Source: a virus (lineage: Duplodnaviria; Heunggongvirae; Uroviricota; Caudoviricetes). From it: a DNA stretch of 64,000 nt. The stretch lies in IMG/VR virus record IMGVR_UViG_3300007177_000114. One strand, written 5' to 3'. Under the pieces are notes generated by a model. That model was given only the letters and a program-made list of their open reading frames with translations. It was not told where the DNA came from and did no database searches. The position numbers and the translations under genes were made by a program. Within the stretch, counting starts at the first letter, position 1; the number at the start of each line of letters is the position of its first letter. This document shows, piece by piece, positions 40,110 through 48,957 of this stretch.

Positions 40110-40856
40110 ATGGAAAAGTATGGATTTGTTTATATCTGGTTTGATCGTAAACATAAACGGTATTATATCGGAGCTCATTGGGGCACTGAAACTGATGGTT
40201 ATGTTTGCTCATCGCCGTGGATGATAAAAGCATACAAAAGAAGACCGTTTGATTTTAAAAGACGTATATTGGAACGAATTTATACTAATAGAAAACAAAC
40301 ATTTATTGCTGAAGAAAAATATCTTGATTTAATAAAACAAGAAGAGTTTGGTAAAAAATATTATAATTTACGAAATATAAAAGGTCATTGGTCTGCTGAA
40401 GATAATATTAAAACCATTTCTGAAAAGATTTCTATTAAGACAAAAGAGGCAATGCAAAGACCAGAAGTAAGAGAAAAATATCTTGAGGGTTTAGCAAAAA
40501 GAAATAATAGATCAAGTGATTTAGATGTGCGTGAAAAAAGAAGTAAAGGTATGAAAGGTAAAAATGTTGGCAAAATAACGGTCAAGTTTGCAACCGGTGA
40601 AGGTAAAGCTTTTCATATAACTAAAGATGATCCCAGATTATTAACTGGTGAAGTTATTCACGTTACACAAGGTTTGAAAAGAGGTCCCCACTCTGAAGAA
40701 AGAAAAGAGCATCTAAGAAAAACCTCACATTTTCATGTAATAAATAGCATCAAGAAAAAATGCATGTACTGTGATTTTATGGGTAATGCAGCATCATTAG
40801 GAAGGCATCATAATGATAAATGTAAAAATAAACCTCAATTCATGTGCCTAGGATAA
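40110..40856 (+). mobile_element. Free-standing GIY-YIG (Seg-like) homing endonuclease between gp13 and gp14
   Basis: GFVYIW.......YYIGAH......Y..SS catalytic module; K/R-rich C-terminus with NUMOD3-like PHSEERKEHLR. Confidence 0.85.
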
Positions 40857-40859
40857 CTT

Positions 40860-41609
40860 ATGCGTGGTTCATCAAATTTCTACTTCAATAATTTTTCTTC
40901 ATCTGGAGAACAAGATCTTTTACATGATCTGATTATTGAATCCATCAGTATATACGGGCAAGATATGCTTTATATCCCTAGGGAAGTAGTAAACTACGAT
41001 AAACTTTTGGGTGAAGATGACCAATCAAAATATACCAAATCATATCAGATTGTAACTTATATCGACTCCATAGATGGATTTTCTGGTGATGGGCGCTTTA
41101 TTTCTAAGTTTGGTTTGGAGATTAGAGACCAAGTAAATTTGGTAATTGCACAGAGAGTATTTACAGAAGAAGTTGGATCACAAACTGGTCAATCCAGACC
41201 AAATGAAGGTGATTTAATGTTTTTCCCGTTAAACAGAAAAACATTTATTGTTAGATTTGTTGATAAGTACTCAATGTTTTATCAACTTGGTACTCTTCCA
41301 ACTTGGAAACTTACATTAGAACTATTTGAATATTCCAATGAAATATTTGATACCGGAATTCCAGATATAGATATTCTTCAGGAAAAGTTTTCTTCAAATA
41401 TTATTGATTGGGCATTACTCGATGAAAACGGTGATTACATAGTTGATGAATCAGAAAATATTTTGGTCATTGAAAAATACAATGTTGAATCAATTAACTT
41501 ATTTGCTGATAATGATGTTCTGCAGAGTGGCACAATTAATTTCCCAGAAGGTTCGGATGATTTCATTGACTTCACTGAAAGAGATCCATTCTCAGAAGGA
41601 AATCTATAA
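40860..41609 (+). CDS. gp14: Neck / head closure protein
   Basis: EQDLLHDLIIESISIYGQD..YIPR; SKFGLEIRD; RPNEGDL.FFP; L.LELFEYSNE..DTG...ID. Confidence 0.92.
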   Translation: MRGSSNFYFNNFSSSGEQDLLHDLIIESISIYGQDMLYIPREVVNYDKLLGEDDQSKYTKSYQIVTYIDSIDGFSGDGRFISKFGLEIRDQVNLVIAQRVFTEEVGSQTGQSRPNEGDLMFFPLNRKTFIVRFVDKYSMFYQLGTLPTWKLTLELFEYSNEIFDTGIPDIDILQEKFSSNIIDWALLDENGDYIVDESENILVIEKYNVESINLFADNDVLQSGTINFPEGSDDFIDFTERDPFSEGNL

Positions 41610-42436
41610 TGTTTACAGGTGAACCATTCTATTTTTCTTCCATAAGAAAATATGTCATATTATTTGGTACTCTCTTTAATAATATTAAAATTACAAGATC
41701 GGATAATACCGGTAAGTTAACATCATTGATGAAGGTTCCTATTGGATATGGTCCAAAGGAAAAAATGCTTACACGTGTTATTCAAGATCCAAATATTGAT
41801 AGACAAACCGCAATTCAATTGCCTGTTATGTCATTTGAAATTACTGGTTTCAATTATGATGGTGATAGAAAAAGACAAACCGTTCATCGTATTGCATCAA
41901 TTGATCCAGATAATTCAGCTTTAAATAAATATCAATACAGTCCCGTACCTTATAATATTGGTTTTTCTCTGAGTATATACGTAAAAAATGCAGAGGACGG
42001 TACAAAAATTGTGGAACAGATACTTCCATATTTTACACCAGATTGGACAACAACTGTTAATCTGATTCCTGAAATGGATGTAAAAATGGATATTCCATTA
42101 ATTCTTGAGAGAGTAAGCACTGAAGATACATACACCGGTGATTTTAAAGATCGTAGAGCTTTAATTTGGACTTTAGATTTTACCATGAAAGGTTATCTAT
42201 ATGGTCCAATCAAGAAGTCTGGAATTATCAAATATATTGATGTAAATATCCATATTCCATCTGTTGATGAACTAGTTGATGGTGTTGGGAATACTGAACC
42301 TACCGCTACAATTGCAATTCAACCTGGTTTATTAGCTAACGGTGCACCCACCACAAATTCTGCTCTATCAATTCCTGTCTCACAAATTAAAGCAACTGAC
42401 GACTATGGTTTCGTCATTGATATAACGGAAAACTAA
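41609..42436 (+). CDS. gp15: Tail sheath stabiliser / terminator
   Basis: FYFSSIRKYVILFGTLFN; VPIGYGPKEK; PVPYNI.F.L; QIVEQILPYFTP. Confidence 0.92.
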   Translation: MFTGEPFYFSSIRKYVILFGTLFNNIKITRSDNTGKLTSLMKVPIGYGPKEKMLTRVIQDPNIDRQTAIQLPVMSFEITGFNYDGDRKRQTVHRIASIDPDNSALNKYQYSPVPYNIGFSLSIYVKNAEDGTKIVEQILPYFTPDWTTTVNLIPEMDVKMDIPLILERVSTEDTYTGDFKDRRALIWTLDFTMKGYLYGPIKKSGIIKYIDVNIHIPSVDELVDGVGNTEPTATIAIQPGLLANGAPTTNSALSIPVSQIKATDDYGFVIDITEN

Positions 42437-42437
42437 G

Positions 42438-43022
42438 ATGAAGAAATTAAAAGATATTACACAGACTAAAGCACTCAAAAATGCCGGTGATGCTTACGTT
42501 CCAGACGAGCAACATCATGCTAAAGAGTATACTAGTTCTTCATCAGATTTAAATACAAATTTGATTCGAGCTCATAAAACAAAACATGATAATTATCCGC
42601 ATAAGATTGATTCTTATTATCATCAGTCTATTCATCATCTTGATTCGGCCACTAAAAGACCAATCGGACATCATATACACTTATATTCAGGTCTAGGTTT
42701 CAATCCTGCACATATGAAAAATAAGAATGGTCATGTTCATCTACCGGCTTATACGTCTATGACACATGATAAATTTAAAGCGCATGGATTTTCTATTGAT
42801 AAAAGCTATAAGCATGAAGATGGTGATAGACACATTCTTCATCTTCATATGAAGAAGAAAGATAAAGGTCTTCATGTTTCACATTTTTCTCACTATTATG
42901 ATGAGCATGAAACTATTCTACCACGAAATACAAGAATTAAAATCCATAAAAAGCCAACAGTATACAATGATTACGGAAGAAAAGTACATGTATGGCACGC
43001 ACATATAATTCATCAGGATTAA
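42438..43022 (+). CDS. His-rich ADP-ribosyltransferase-like protein (Alt/VIP2-type fold)
   Basis: Y-T..S..LN..L helix, then LYSG (canonical YRG), YTSMT (STS-like) and EHETILPRNT (ExE.LLPR.T). Confidence 0.7.
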   Translation: MKKLKDITQTKALKNAGDAYVPDEQHHAKEYTSSSSDLNTNLIRAHKTKHDNYPHKIDSYYHQSIHHLDSATKRPIGHHIHLYSGLGFNPAHMKNKNGHVHLPAYTSMTHDKFKAHGFSIDKSYKHEDGDRHILHLHMKKKDKGLHVSHFSHYYDEHETILPRNTRIKIHKKPTVYNDYGRKVHVWHAHIIHQD

Positions 43023-43023
43023 C

Positions 43024-43431
43024 ATGAACGACGATGATCCTATTGGTAAAGCTTTAAATTTACCAACAAATTCAAATAATGCTATAGCAAAAATAATAGC
43101 AAATGCTAAAAATGACTCAGCAAAAGAAGATTTTACTTTTGCTAGAGCCAATATGCGTGAAGTGATCCAAAATGGATCTGATGCTATTGAGAGAATGGCA
43201 CAAATTGCCGATCAGTCTCAAAATGCTAGAGACTTTGAAGTATTATCCAATTTAATGACAACTGTTGTCAATGCCTCTGAGAAATTATTGAGAATTCAAA
43301 AAGCAATCCGTGAAATTGACAAATCAGATGAACCTCATGATCAAGAGACAAAGCAACAAGTAACTAACAATTTATTTGTTGGATCAACTGCAGAACTTCA
43401 AAAAATTATAGCAGACCTAAAGAACAAATAA
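43024..43431 (+). CDS. gp16: Terminase small subunit
   Basis: D..FAR.N...VI..G..A......A.......FEVL..L; NNLFVGSTAELQK. Confidence 0.9.
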   Translation: MNDDDPIGKALNLPTNSNNAIAKIIANAKNDSAKEDFTFARANMREVIQNGSDAIERMAQIADQSQNARDFEVLSNLMTTVVNASEKLLRIQKAIREIDKSDEPHDQETKQQVTNNLFVGSTAELQKIIADLKNK

Positions 43432-43455
43432 TCATTCCTTATAAGGTCAACACCT

Positions 43456-43484
43456 ATTATACCAATAAAGAGTACCAATGTCAA
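43456..43484 (-). promoter_or_regulatory. Perfect sigma70-type promoter, antisense, overlapping the gp17 start codon
   Basis: Minus strand: TTGACA (43484-43479), 17 nt, TATAAT (43461-43456). Confidence 0.65.
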
Positions 43485-44389
43485 CAAATATATTTGAACA
43501 ATTTAAATCTTATAATGGTAATCCAAATTTAAAACGATCTGGAGTTGCCGTTAACTGGACACCTGATATTATTGCAGAATATGCAAAATGCTCACAAGAT
43601 GTAATCTACTTTGTAGAAAATTATATGAAAATTATCAACGTGGATCGTGGTTTAATCAATTTTGAACCGTATGATTATCAACGTGAGATGCTCAAGTCGA
43701 TGACCGAAGAGCGCTATACTATTATTGCTACTGCTAGACAGGCAGGTAAGTCTACGGTTACAGTAGCATTTATTCTTTGGTATATTCTTTTTAATTCAGA
43801 TAAAACTGTAGCATTACTAGCAAACAAAGGTGAAACTGCTCGTGAAATTTTAGGTAAGGTTCAGTTAGCATATCAACATTTACCAAAATGGCTTCAGCAA
43901 GGTGTCACGGAATGGAATAAAGGTTCTTTTGAACTTGAAAATAATTCCAGAGTTATTGCGGCTGCTACATCTTCTGATAACATTCGTGGTTATGCTATTA
44001 ACTTGATCTTTATTGATGAAGCAGCATTCATTGAAAACTGGGATGAATTCTTCACCTCAGTATATCCTACTATCTCTTCCGGTACTTCAACTAAGCTTAT
44101 TCTTGTTTCAACTCCAAATGGTTTAAATCACTTCTATCATATTTGGACAAATGCACAACTAGGTAAGAATTCATATAAACCTATTATGGTTCATTGGTCT
44201 GCTGTTCCAGGTAGAGATGAAGCATGGAAACAAGCCACTCTTGCTGCAATGAACTTCGATACACAGAAGTTTGATCAAGAATATTGCATTACTGGTGATA
44301 TGAAAGTAACTATAAAAAATGAATACGGTGAAATACAAAAAATAACAATTGAAGAACTTTATATGATGTTAAGTTTCTTGGATTTATAA
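43478..44389 (+). CDS. gp17: Terminase large subunit N-extein (ATPase, aa 1-269) fused to split-intein IntN (aa 270-303)
   Basis: ARQAGKST Walker A, LIFIDEAAF Walker B, STPNG, ending FDQEY/CITGDMKV...IEELY. Confidence 0.93.
   Translation: MSTNIFEQFKSYNGNPNLKRSGVAVNWTPDIIAEYAKCSQDVIYFVENYMKIINVDRGLINFEPYDYQREMLKSMTEERYTIIATARQAGKSTVTVAFILWYILFNSDKTVALLANKGETAREILGKVQLAYQHLPKWLQQGVTEWNKGSFELENNSRVIAAATSSDNIRGYAINLIFIDEAAFIENWDEFFTSVYPTISSGTSTKLILVSTPNGLNHFYHIWTNAQLGKNSYKPIMVHWSAVPGRDEAWKQATLAAMNFDTQKFDQEYCITGDMKVTIKNEYGEIQKITIEELYMMLSFLDL
44285..44386 (+). mobile_element. Split intein N-fragment (34 aa)
   Basis: Block A: CITGDMKVTIKNEYGEIQKITIEELYMMLSFLDL, then stop. Confidence 0.88.
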
Positions 44390-44410
44390 ATAGTATATCC
44401 AAGAAACTTA
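44370..44410 (+). promoter_or_regulatory. 14-bp perfect hairpin with late promoter TATAAATA (44385-44392) in the loop, abutting RBS AGGAG
   Basis: TAAGTTTCTTGGAT (44370-83) / ATCCAAGAAACTTA (44397-410); AGGAG at 44410-14; ATG at 44423. Confidence 0.8.
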
Positions 44411-44422
44411 GGAGTATTTTAA

Positions 44423-45085
44423 ATGTGGTGTGTATATTTAATAATAAGGGATGATGGTAAACAATATATAGGCAAAACTAAGATAGAAACAATAAAAAGA
44501 CGTATGAATGCTCATAAAAAATCAAAAAGATTTGCAAATTATGAATTTACATATCAAATAATTGCCCAAACAACAACACACGATGAAGTATTGATTAAAG
44601 AAGAATATTATATAGATCTATATAATACATACAAAGATGGTTTAAATGCAACAAAAACCGGTAAAGGGTGTGGTCATAACTCACCCAATTTTTCAACATT
44701 AGGTATGAAATTCAGTGAAAAACATAGAGAAAATATGAGAAAAAATCATTGGTCTAAAACTGGTAAATATGATCAAACTGGAAGAAAACTCTCTGATGAG
44801 ACAAAAAAATTAATTTCAACTAGTAAAAAAGGTAAAGTTTCATTTACAAAACTAAATGAAAGTGATGTTCGAAATATTTTATTGTTATATTTTTCAAAAC
44901 CCATTTTTGAAAATGTAGATAAAATTCAAAGAAATGGATTACCGCTATCATATGATAGAGCTTTTAGTAATTATTATCATAAAACTTTTAATATATCAGT
45001 GACAGCGCTCAGAAATATTATACAAGGTAAAGTAAAAATATGGCAACCGATATTATCAGAAATAACAGAAAAATACAAATTTTAG
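44423..45085 (+). mobile_element. Free-standing GIY-YIG homing endonuclease between the terminase halves
   Basis: CVYLI.......YIGKT...KRRM..H catalytic module; two NUMOD3-like repeats (FSEKHRENMRK, LSDETKKLIS); C-terminal HTH-like KLNESDVRNI. Confidence 0.85.
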
Positions 45086-46176
45086 GCCCGAATGGATTTG
45101 TAGATTTTACTGGTATTTCTAGAAAAAAAGTTGATTCATTTTTAAAAATAACATTTCCAAATGGTGATATTTTAAAATGTACTGATGATCATAAAATATT
45201 TTATGATCATCAGTTTATAGAAGCAAAAAATTTACCATTTCATACTGAAATTATAAAAGATGTACAATTTGTATATGATCCTATAAATGTAGGTGATGAT
45301 CATTTATATATGGTTGATAATATTATCAACCATAATTGTGTTGAATTCCAAGGTAGTTCTGGTACTCTTATTGCTGGTTGGAAATTAAAACAACTACAAG
45401 CTGCAATCCCTATTCATCAACATGACGGACTATCAGTATATGAAAATCCAGAAAAAGGTCATACTTATATATGTATAGTCGACGTATCAAGAGGAAAAGG
45501 TTTGGATTATTCAGCATTTAGTATAATTGATGTTTCCTCAATGCCTTATAAGCAAGCATGTTCTTTTCGTAATAATTTAATAGCACCTATAGATTATGCA
45601 GAAGTAATCTATAGAGTTGCTAAGTCATATAATACTGCTGCAATCTTAGTAGAAGTAAATGATTTGGGTGAACAGATTTCCACATCATTGCATTTTGACT
45701 TTGAATATGAAAATCTACTTTTTACCGAAAATGCTGGTCGTAGTGGTAAAAAAATATCTTCTGGTTTTGGTAATAATGTTGATAAAGGTATCAGAACTAC
45801 AAAAAGCGTAAAATCTGTTGGATGTTCTATTTTAAAACTATTAATAGAACAAGGTCAATTGTTAATTAATGATAAGCAGACTATTTCAGAATTATCAACT
45901 TTTTCTAGAAAAGGTGTATCATACGAAGCAGAACCTGGAAATCATGATGATATGGTGATGGGTTTGGTTCTATTTGCTTGGTTATCAGATCAAACATATT
46001 TCAAGGATATTACGGATATAAATACTCTTGCTAGACTTCGTGAAAAGACTGATGAAGAGATATCCGCTGAATTGTTGCCATTTGGTTTTGTTGAAGATGG
46101 TCGAGAAGAAGAATCTGTTATCGACCTTACACCTAGAGGAAATTGGTTCTTTCAGGTAGAAGATAGTAATTTATAA
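45040..46176 (+). CDS. gp17: Split-intein IntC (aa 1-99) fused to terminase large subunit C-extein (nuclease)
   Basis: ILGPNGF, CTDDH (block B TxxH), YDPINV (block F), INHN/C; then CVEFQGSSGTLI, VDVSRGKGLDYSA, HDDMVM. Confidence 0.93.
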   Translation: MATDIIRNNRKIQILGPNGFVDFTGISRKKVDSFLKITFPNGDILKCTDDHKIFYDHQFIEAKNLPFHTEIIKDVQFVYDPINVGDDHLYMVDNIINHNCVEFQGSSGTLIAGWKLKQLQAAIPIHQHDGLSVYENPEKGHTYICIVDVSRGKGLDYSAFSIIDVSSMPYKQACSFRNNLIAPIDYAEVIYRVAKSYNTAAILVEVNDLGEQISTSLHFDFEYENLLFTENAGRSGKKISSGFGNNVDKGIRTTKSVKSVGCSILKLLIEQGQLLINDKQTISELSTFSRKGVSYEAEPGNHDDMVMGLVLFAWLSDQTYFKDITDINTLARLREKTDEEISAELLPFGFVEDGREEESVIDLTPRGNWFFQVEDSNL

Positions 46177-46179
46177 ATA
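46172..46179 (+). promoter_or_regulatory. T4-type late promoter for gp18
   Basis: Exact TATAAATA overlapping the gp17 stop. Confidence 0.8.
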
Positions 46180-46223
46180 GAAAAGAAATTTAAGTTTATC
46201 TTCTTTAGAAAGGAGTCCTAAAT

Positions 46224-48296
46224 ATGGCGTTCCCTGTAAGTCCTGATGTAAATGTGACCGAGGTTGATTTAACAACAATCGCACCCAGCGTGGCTACCTC
46301 AACTGGTGCTATTGCTGGTGTGTTTAACTGGGGTCCGATTGGTGAAAGAGTTTCAATTGCTACTGAAAGTGATCTTGTAACTTTCTTTGGTAAACCAAAT
46401 GCAAATAACTATGAAACATTCTTCACAGCAGCTAATTTCCTATCATATAATAATTCTTTATTAGTAGTAAGAGCTGCAAATACCACAAGTATGAATGCAA
46501 ACGGTACATATGGTGCTTTTGCTAATGTCGGTGCTGTTACAAATACAGCAAATCAAACTGTAAAAAATAGTGTAGACTACGAAACAAATAAACTAACATT
46601 TGATGCAAATGTGGTTTACGTTGCAAAGTATGCCGGTGCTCTAGGTAATTCTCTACGAGTTTCAGTGTGTGATAGCGTAAATGCATATCAATCAAACGTT
46701 TCACTAGTTCAATCAGAAGTAAGTAACAACGTAGTAGGTACATTTACTTTAAGCGTCGGCTCAAATACAGCAACTGTTCAATTTACTGGTGATTCAGCTG
46801 CAGCTGCTAATACTTTTGCTGCAAATTTTGCTGCATCTTTCAGCACCGGTGATTTAATTGCTATTGGTAATACCACTGTTGGAACTCAACTTCTATCCCT
46901 AGCATCTGTTTCTGGGCCAAATTCATCAACATCAAATGTTGTGATGCAGTTTACAGGAATCTATACACTTTCTTCTGATTTCAGTGCAAATACACAACTC
47001 ACAAGAAGCTGGGAATATTCCAATCTAGTTGATACTGCACCAACTACATCACAGTTTGTAACAAGTTTTGGTAATACAGCAGCAGTTGATACAATGCATG
47101 TTGTAGTAGTAGATCAAGATGGTAAATTTACCGGAATCAGTGGTCAAGTACTAGAAGTATTTAAAGATATGTCTAGAGCCACAGATGCTAAGTCTGTAGA
47201 TGGTGCTTCAATTTATTACAAGAAAGTTATTAATGAAGGATCAAGATTCATCTGGTGGGCAAATGATAGAGCAAATGCTGTAAGCAATACAGCAGCAAAT
47301 ATTACCAGCTCAACAAATAATTCTGCTCTACGTCTTGATTTTGTTGGTGGCCAAGATGGATTCACTGAATCAAATGCCCCAGTTTCAATCCTAGCAACTG
47401 GATATGATCTATTCAATGCTAAAGAAACTTCAGACATTTCTCTTGTTCTTCAAGGTAAGCCAACCGGTGGCACCACATCAAGTCAAGGTTTAACAGTAAA
47501 TAATTTCCAACTTGCAAATTATCTAATTGATAATATTGCTTCTGTAAGAAAAGATTGTGTAGTACTAATTACACCAGATGATGCTCTTGCTAGAGCAAAT
47601 GTTGGACAGGAAGCTAAATATACAGTAGCATGGGCAAATGTAATTCGTGATACATCATATGCAATGATTGATTCCGGTTATAAATACATGTATGATCGCT
47701 ACAATGATGTTTATCGCTACGTTCCTCTAAATGGTGATATTGCTGGTCTAATGGCAAGAACAGAAAGCACAAATGATGCTTGGTGGTCTCCTGCAGGTTT
47801 CAACCGCGGTCAAATCAAGAATATTGTTAAGCTTCGTTGGAATCCAATTAAGGCAGACAGAGATACACTTTACAAGAATGCAGTAAATCCAGTTGTGACT
47901 TTCCCTGGTCAGGGTACCGTTCTATTTGGTGATAAAACTGCAACAAGAAAACCATCCGCATTTGATAGAATCAATGTTCGTAGATTGTTTATTGTTCTTG
48001 AAAAAGCTATTTCTGAAGCAGCAAAATATTCACTATTTGAATTTAATGATGAATTTACAAGATCACAATTCAGAAATCTTGTCAATCCTTATCTTCGTGA
48101 AGTTCAAGGTCGCCGCGGTATTACAGACTTCCTAGTTGTCTGTGATGGGACAAATAATACACCTGAAAGAATTGATAGAAATGAATTCTGGGGTGATATC
48201 TATATCAAGCCAGCCAGATCTATTAACTTCATTCAACTAAACTTTGTTGCTGTTCGCACTGGTGTCCAATTCTCAACCGTAGTCGGTCAATTTTAA
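46224..48296 (+). CDS. gp18: Tail sheath protein
   Basis: WWSPAGFNRGQI; QGTVLFGDKT....SAFDRINVRRLF; IKPARSINFIQLNFVAVRTG. Confidence 0.96.
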   Translation: MAFPVSPDVNVTEVDLTTIAPSVATSTGAIAGVFNWGPIGERVSIATESDLVTFFGKPNANNYETFFTAANFLSYNNSLLVVRAANTTSMNANGTYGAFANVGAVTNTANQTVKNSVDYETNKLTFDANVVYVAKYAGALGNSLRVSVCDSVNAYQSNVSLVQSEVSNNVVGTFTLSVGSNTATVQFTGDSAAAANTFAANFAASFSTGDLIAIGNTTVGTQLLSLASVSGPNSSTSNVVMQFTGIYTLSSDFSANTQLTRSWEYSNLVDTAPTTSQFVTSFGNTAAVDTMHVVVVDQDGKFTGISGQVLEVFKDMSRATDAKSVDGASIYYKKVINEGSRFIWWANDRANAVSNTAANITSSTNNSALRLDFVGGQDGFTESNAPVSILATGYDLFNAKETSDISLVLQGKPTGGTTSSQGLTVNNFQLANYLIDNIASVRKDCVVLITPDDALARANVGQEAKYTVAWANVIRDTSYAMIDSGYKYMYDRYNDVYRYVPLNGDIAGLMARTESTNDAWWSPAGFNRGQIKNIVKLRWNPIKADRDTLYKNAVNPVVTFPGQGTVLFGDKTATRKPSAFDRINVRRLFIVLEKAISEAAKYSLFEFNDEFTRSQFRNLVNPYLREVQGRRGITDFLVVCDGTNNTPERIDRNEFWGDIYIKPARSINFIQLNFVAVRTGVQFSTVVGQF

Positions 48297-48319
48297 TTCC
48301 TAAGTAGGGGTCAAGGCAA

Positions 48320-48919
48320 ATGGCTTTCAATATCAATGACTTCAAAGCAAGAGGGCTAGCGTTTGGCGGCGCTAGACCCTCACTATTCCAGGTGGATTTA
48401 ACACCACCATTTATTATCACAGATCCAGTCGCCAGCCAAAAACTTACTTTCACATGTAATGCAACTACAGTTCCTCCAGCAAATATCGGTTCAGTTCCTG
48501 TCCCTTATTTTGGAAGAAAAATAAAGCTTGCTGGTGATAGAGAGTTTGATGATTGGAGCGTAACCGTTATGAATGATGAGGATTTCCTTGTCAGAAACAT
48601 GTTCGAAAAGTGGTCCAACTTAATGAATACGCTAGCAAGTAATCTTAAGATTACCCCAGGTAATTCATATAAATCAAATGATGCTACTGTAACACAGTAT
48701 TCAAAAGATGGTAGAATTATCAGAAAATATTCATTTATTGGTCTATTTCCAATCAGCGTTTCAAGTATGGATTTGAACTGGGATGCAACTAATACTATTC
48801 AATCTTTTGGTGTAACTTTTGCATATGATTATTGGGTACCTTTTAGAACTAGTTCCGCACCCGCCTCTGATATTCCAGCTGGTCAACCTGGTGCTGGCAC
48901 TGGTGTAGCATCAGAATAA
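48320..48919 (+). CDS. gp19: Tail tube protein
   Basis: FNINDFK...GGARPSLF; VPYFGRKIKLAGDREFDDWSVTVMNDEDF. Confidence 0.95.
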   Translation: MAFNINDFKARGLAFGGARPSLFQVDLTPPFIITDPVASQKLTFTCNATTVPPANIGSVPVPYFGRKIKLAGDREFDDWSVTVMNDEDFLVRNMFEKWSNLMNTLASNLKITPGNSYKSNDATVTQYSKDGRIIRKYSFIGLFPISVSSMDLNWDATNTIQSFGVTFAYDYWVPFRTSSAPASDIPAGQPGAGTGVASE

Positions 48920-48957
48920 TAAGTATAATTAGTTCAAATATTTGAAAGTAATATAGA

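Noticed and set aside
44390-45039. Group I intron interrupting gp17
   Set aside because: The interval is almost fully occupied by the endonuclease ORF, leaving no room for a P3-P7 catalytic core, and the flanks carry complete split-intein motifs with their own stop and start.
48933-48946. 14-bp palindrome TTCAAATATTTGAA between gp19 and gp20
   Set aside because: It is nearly all A/T and has no second copy that I could find, so it cannot be separated from chance.
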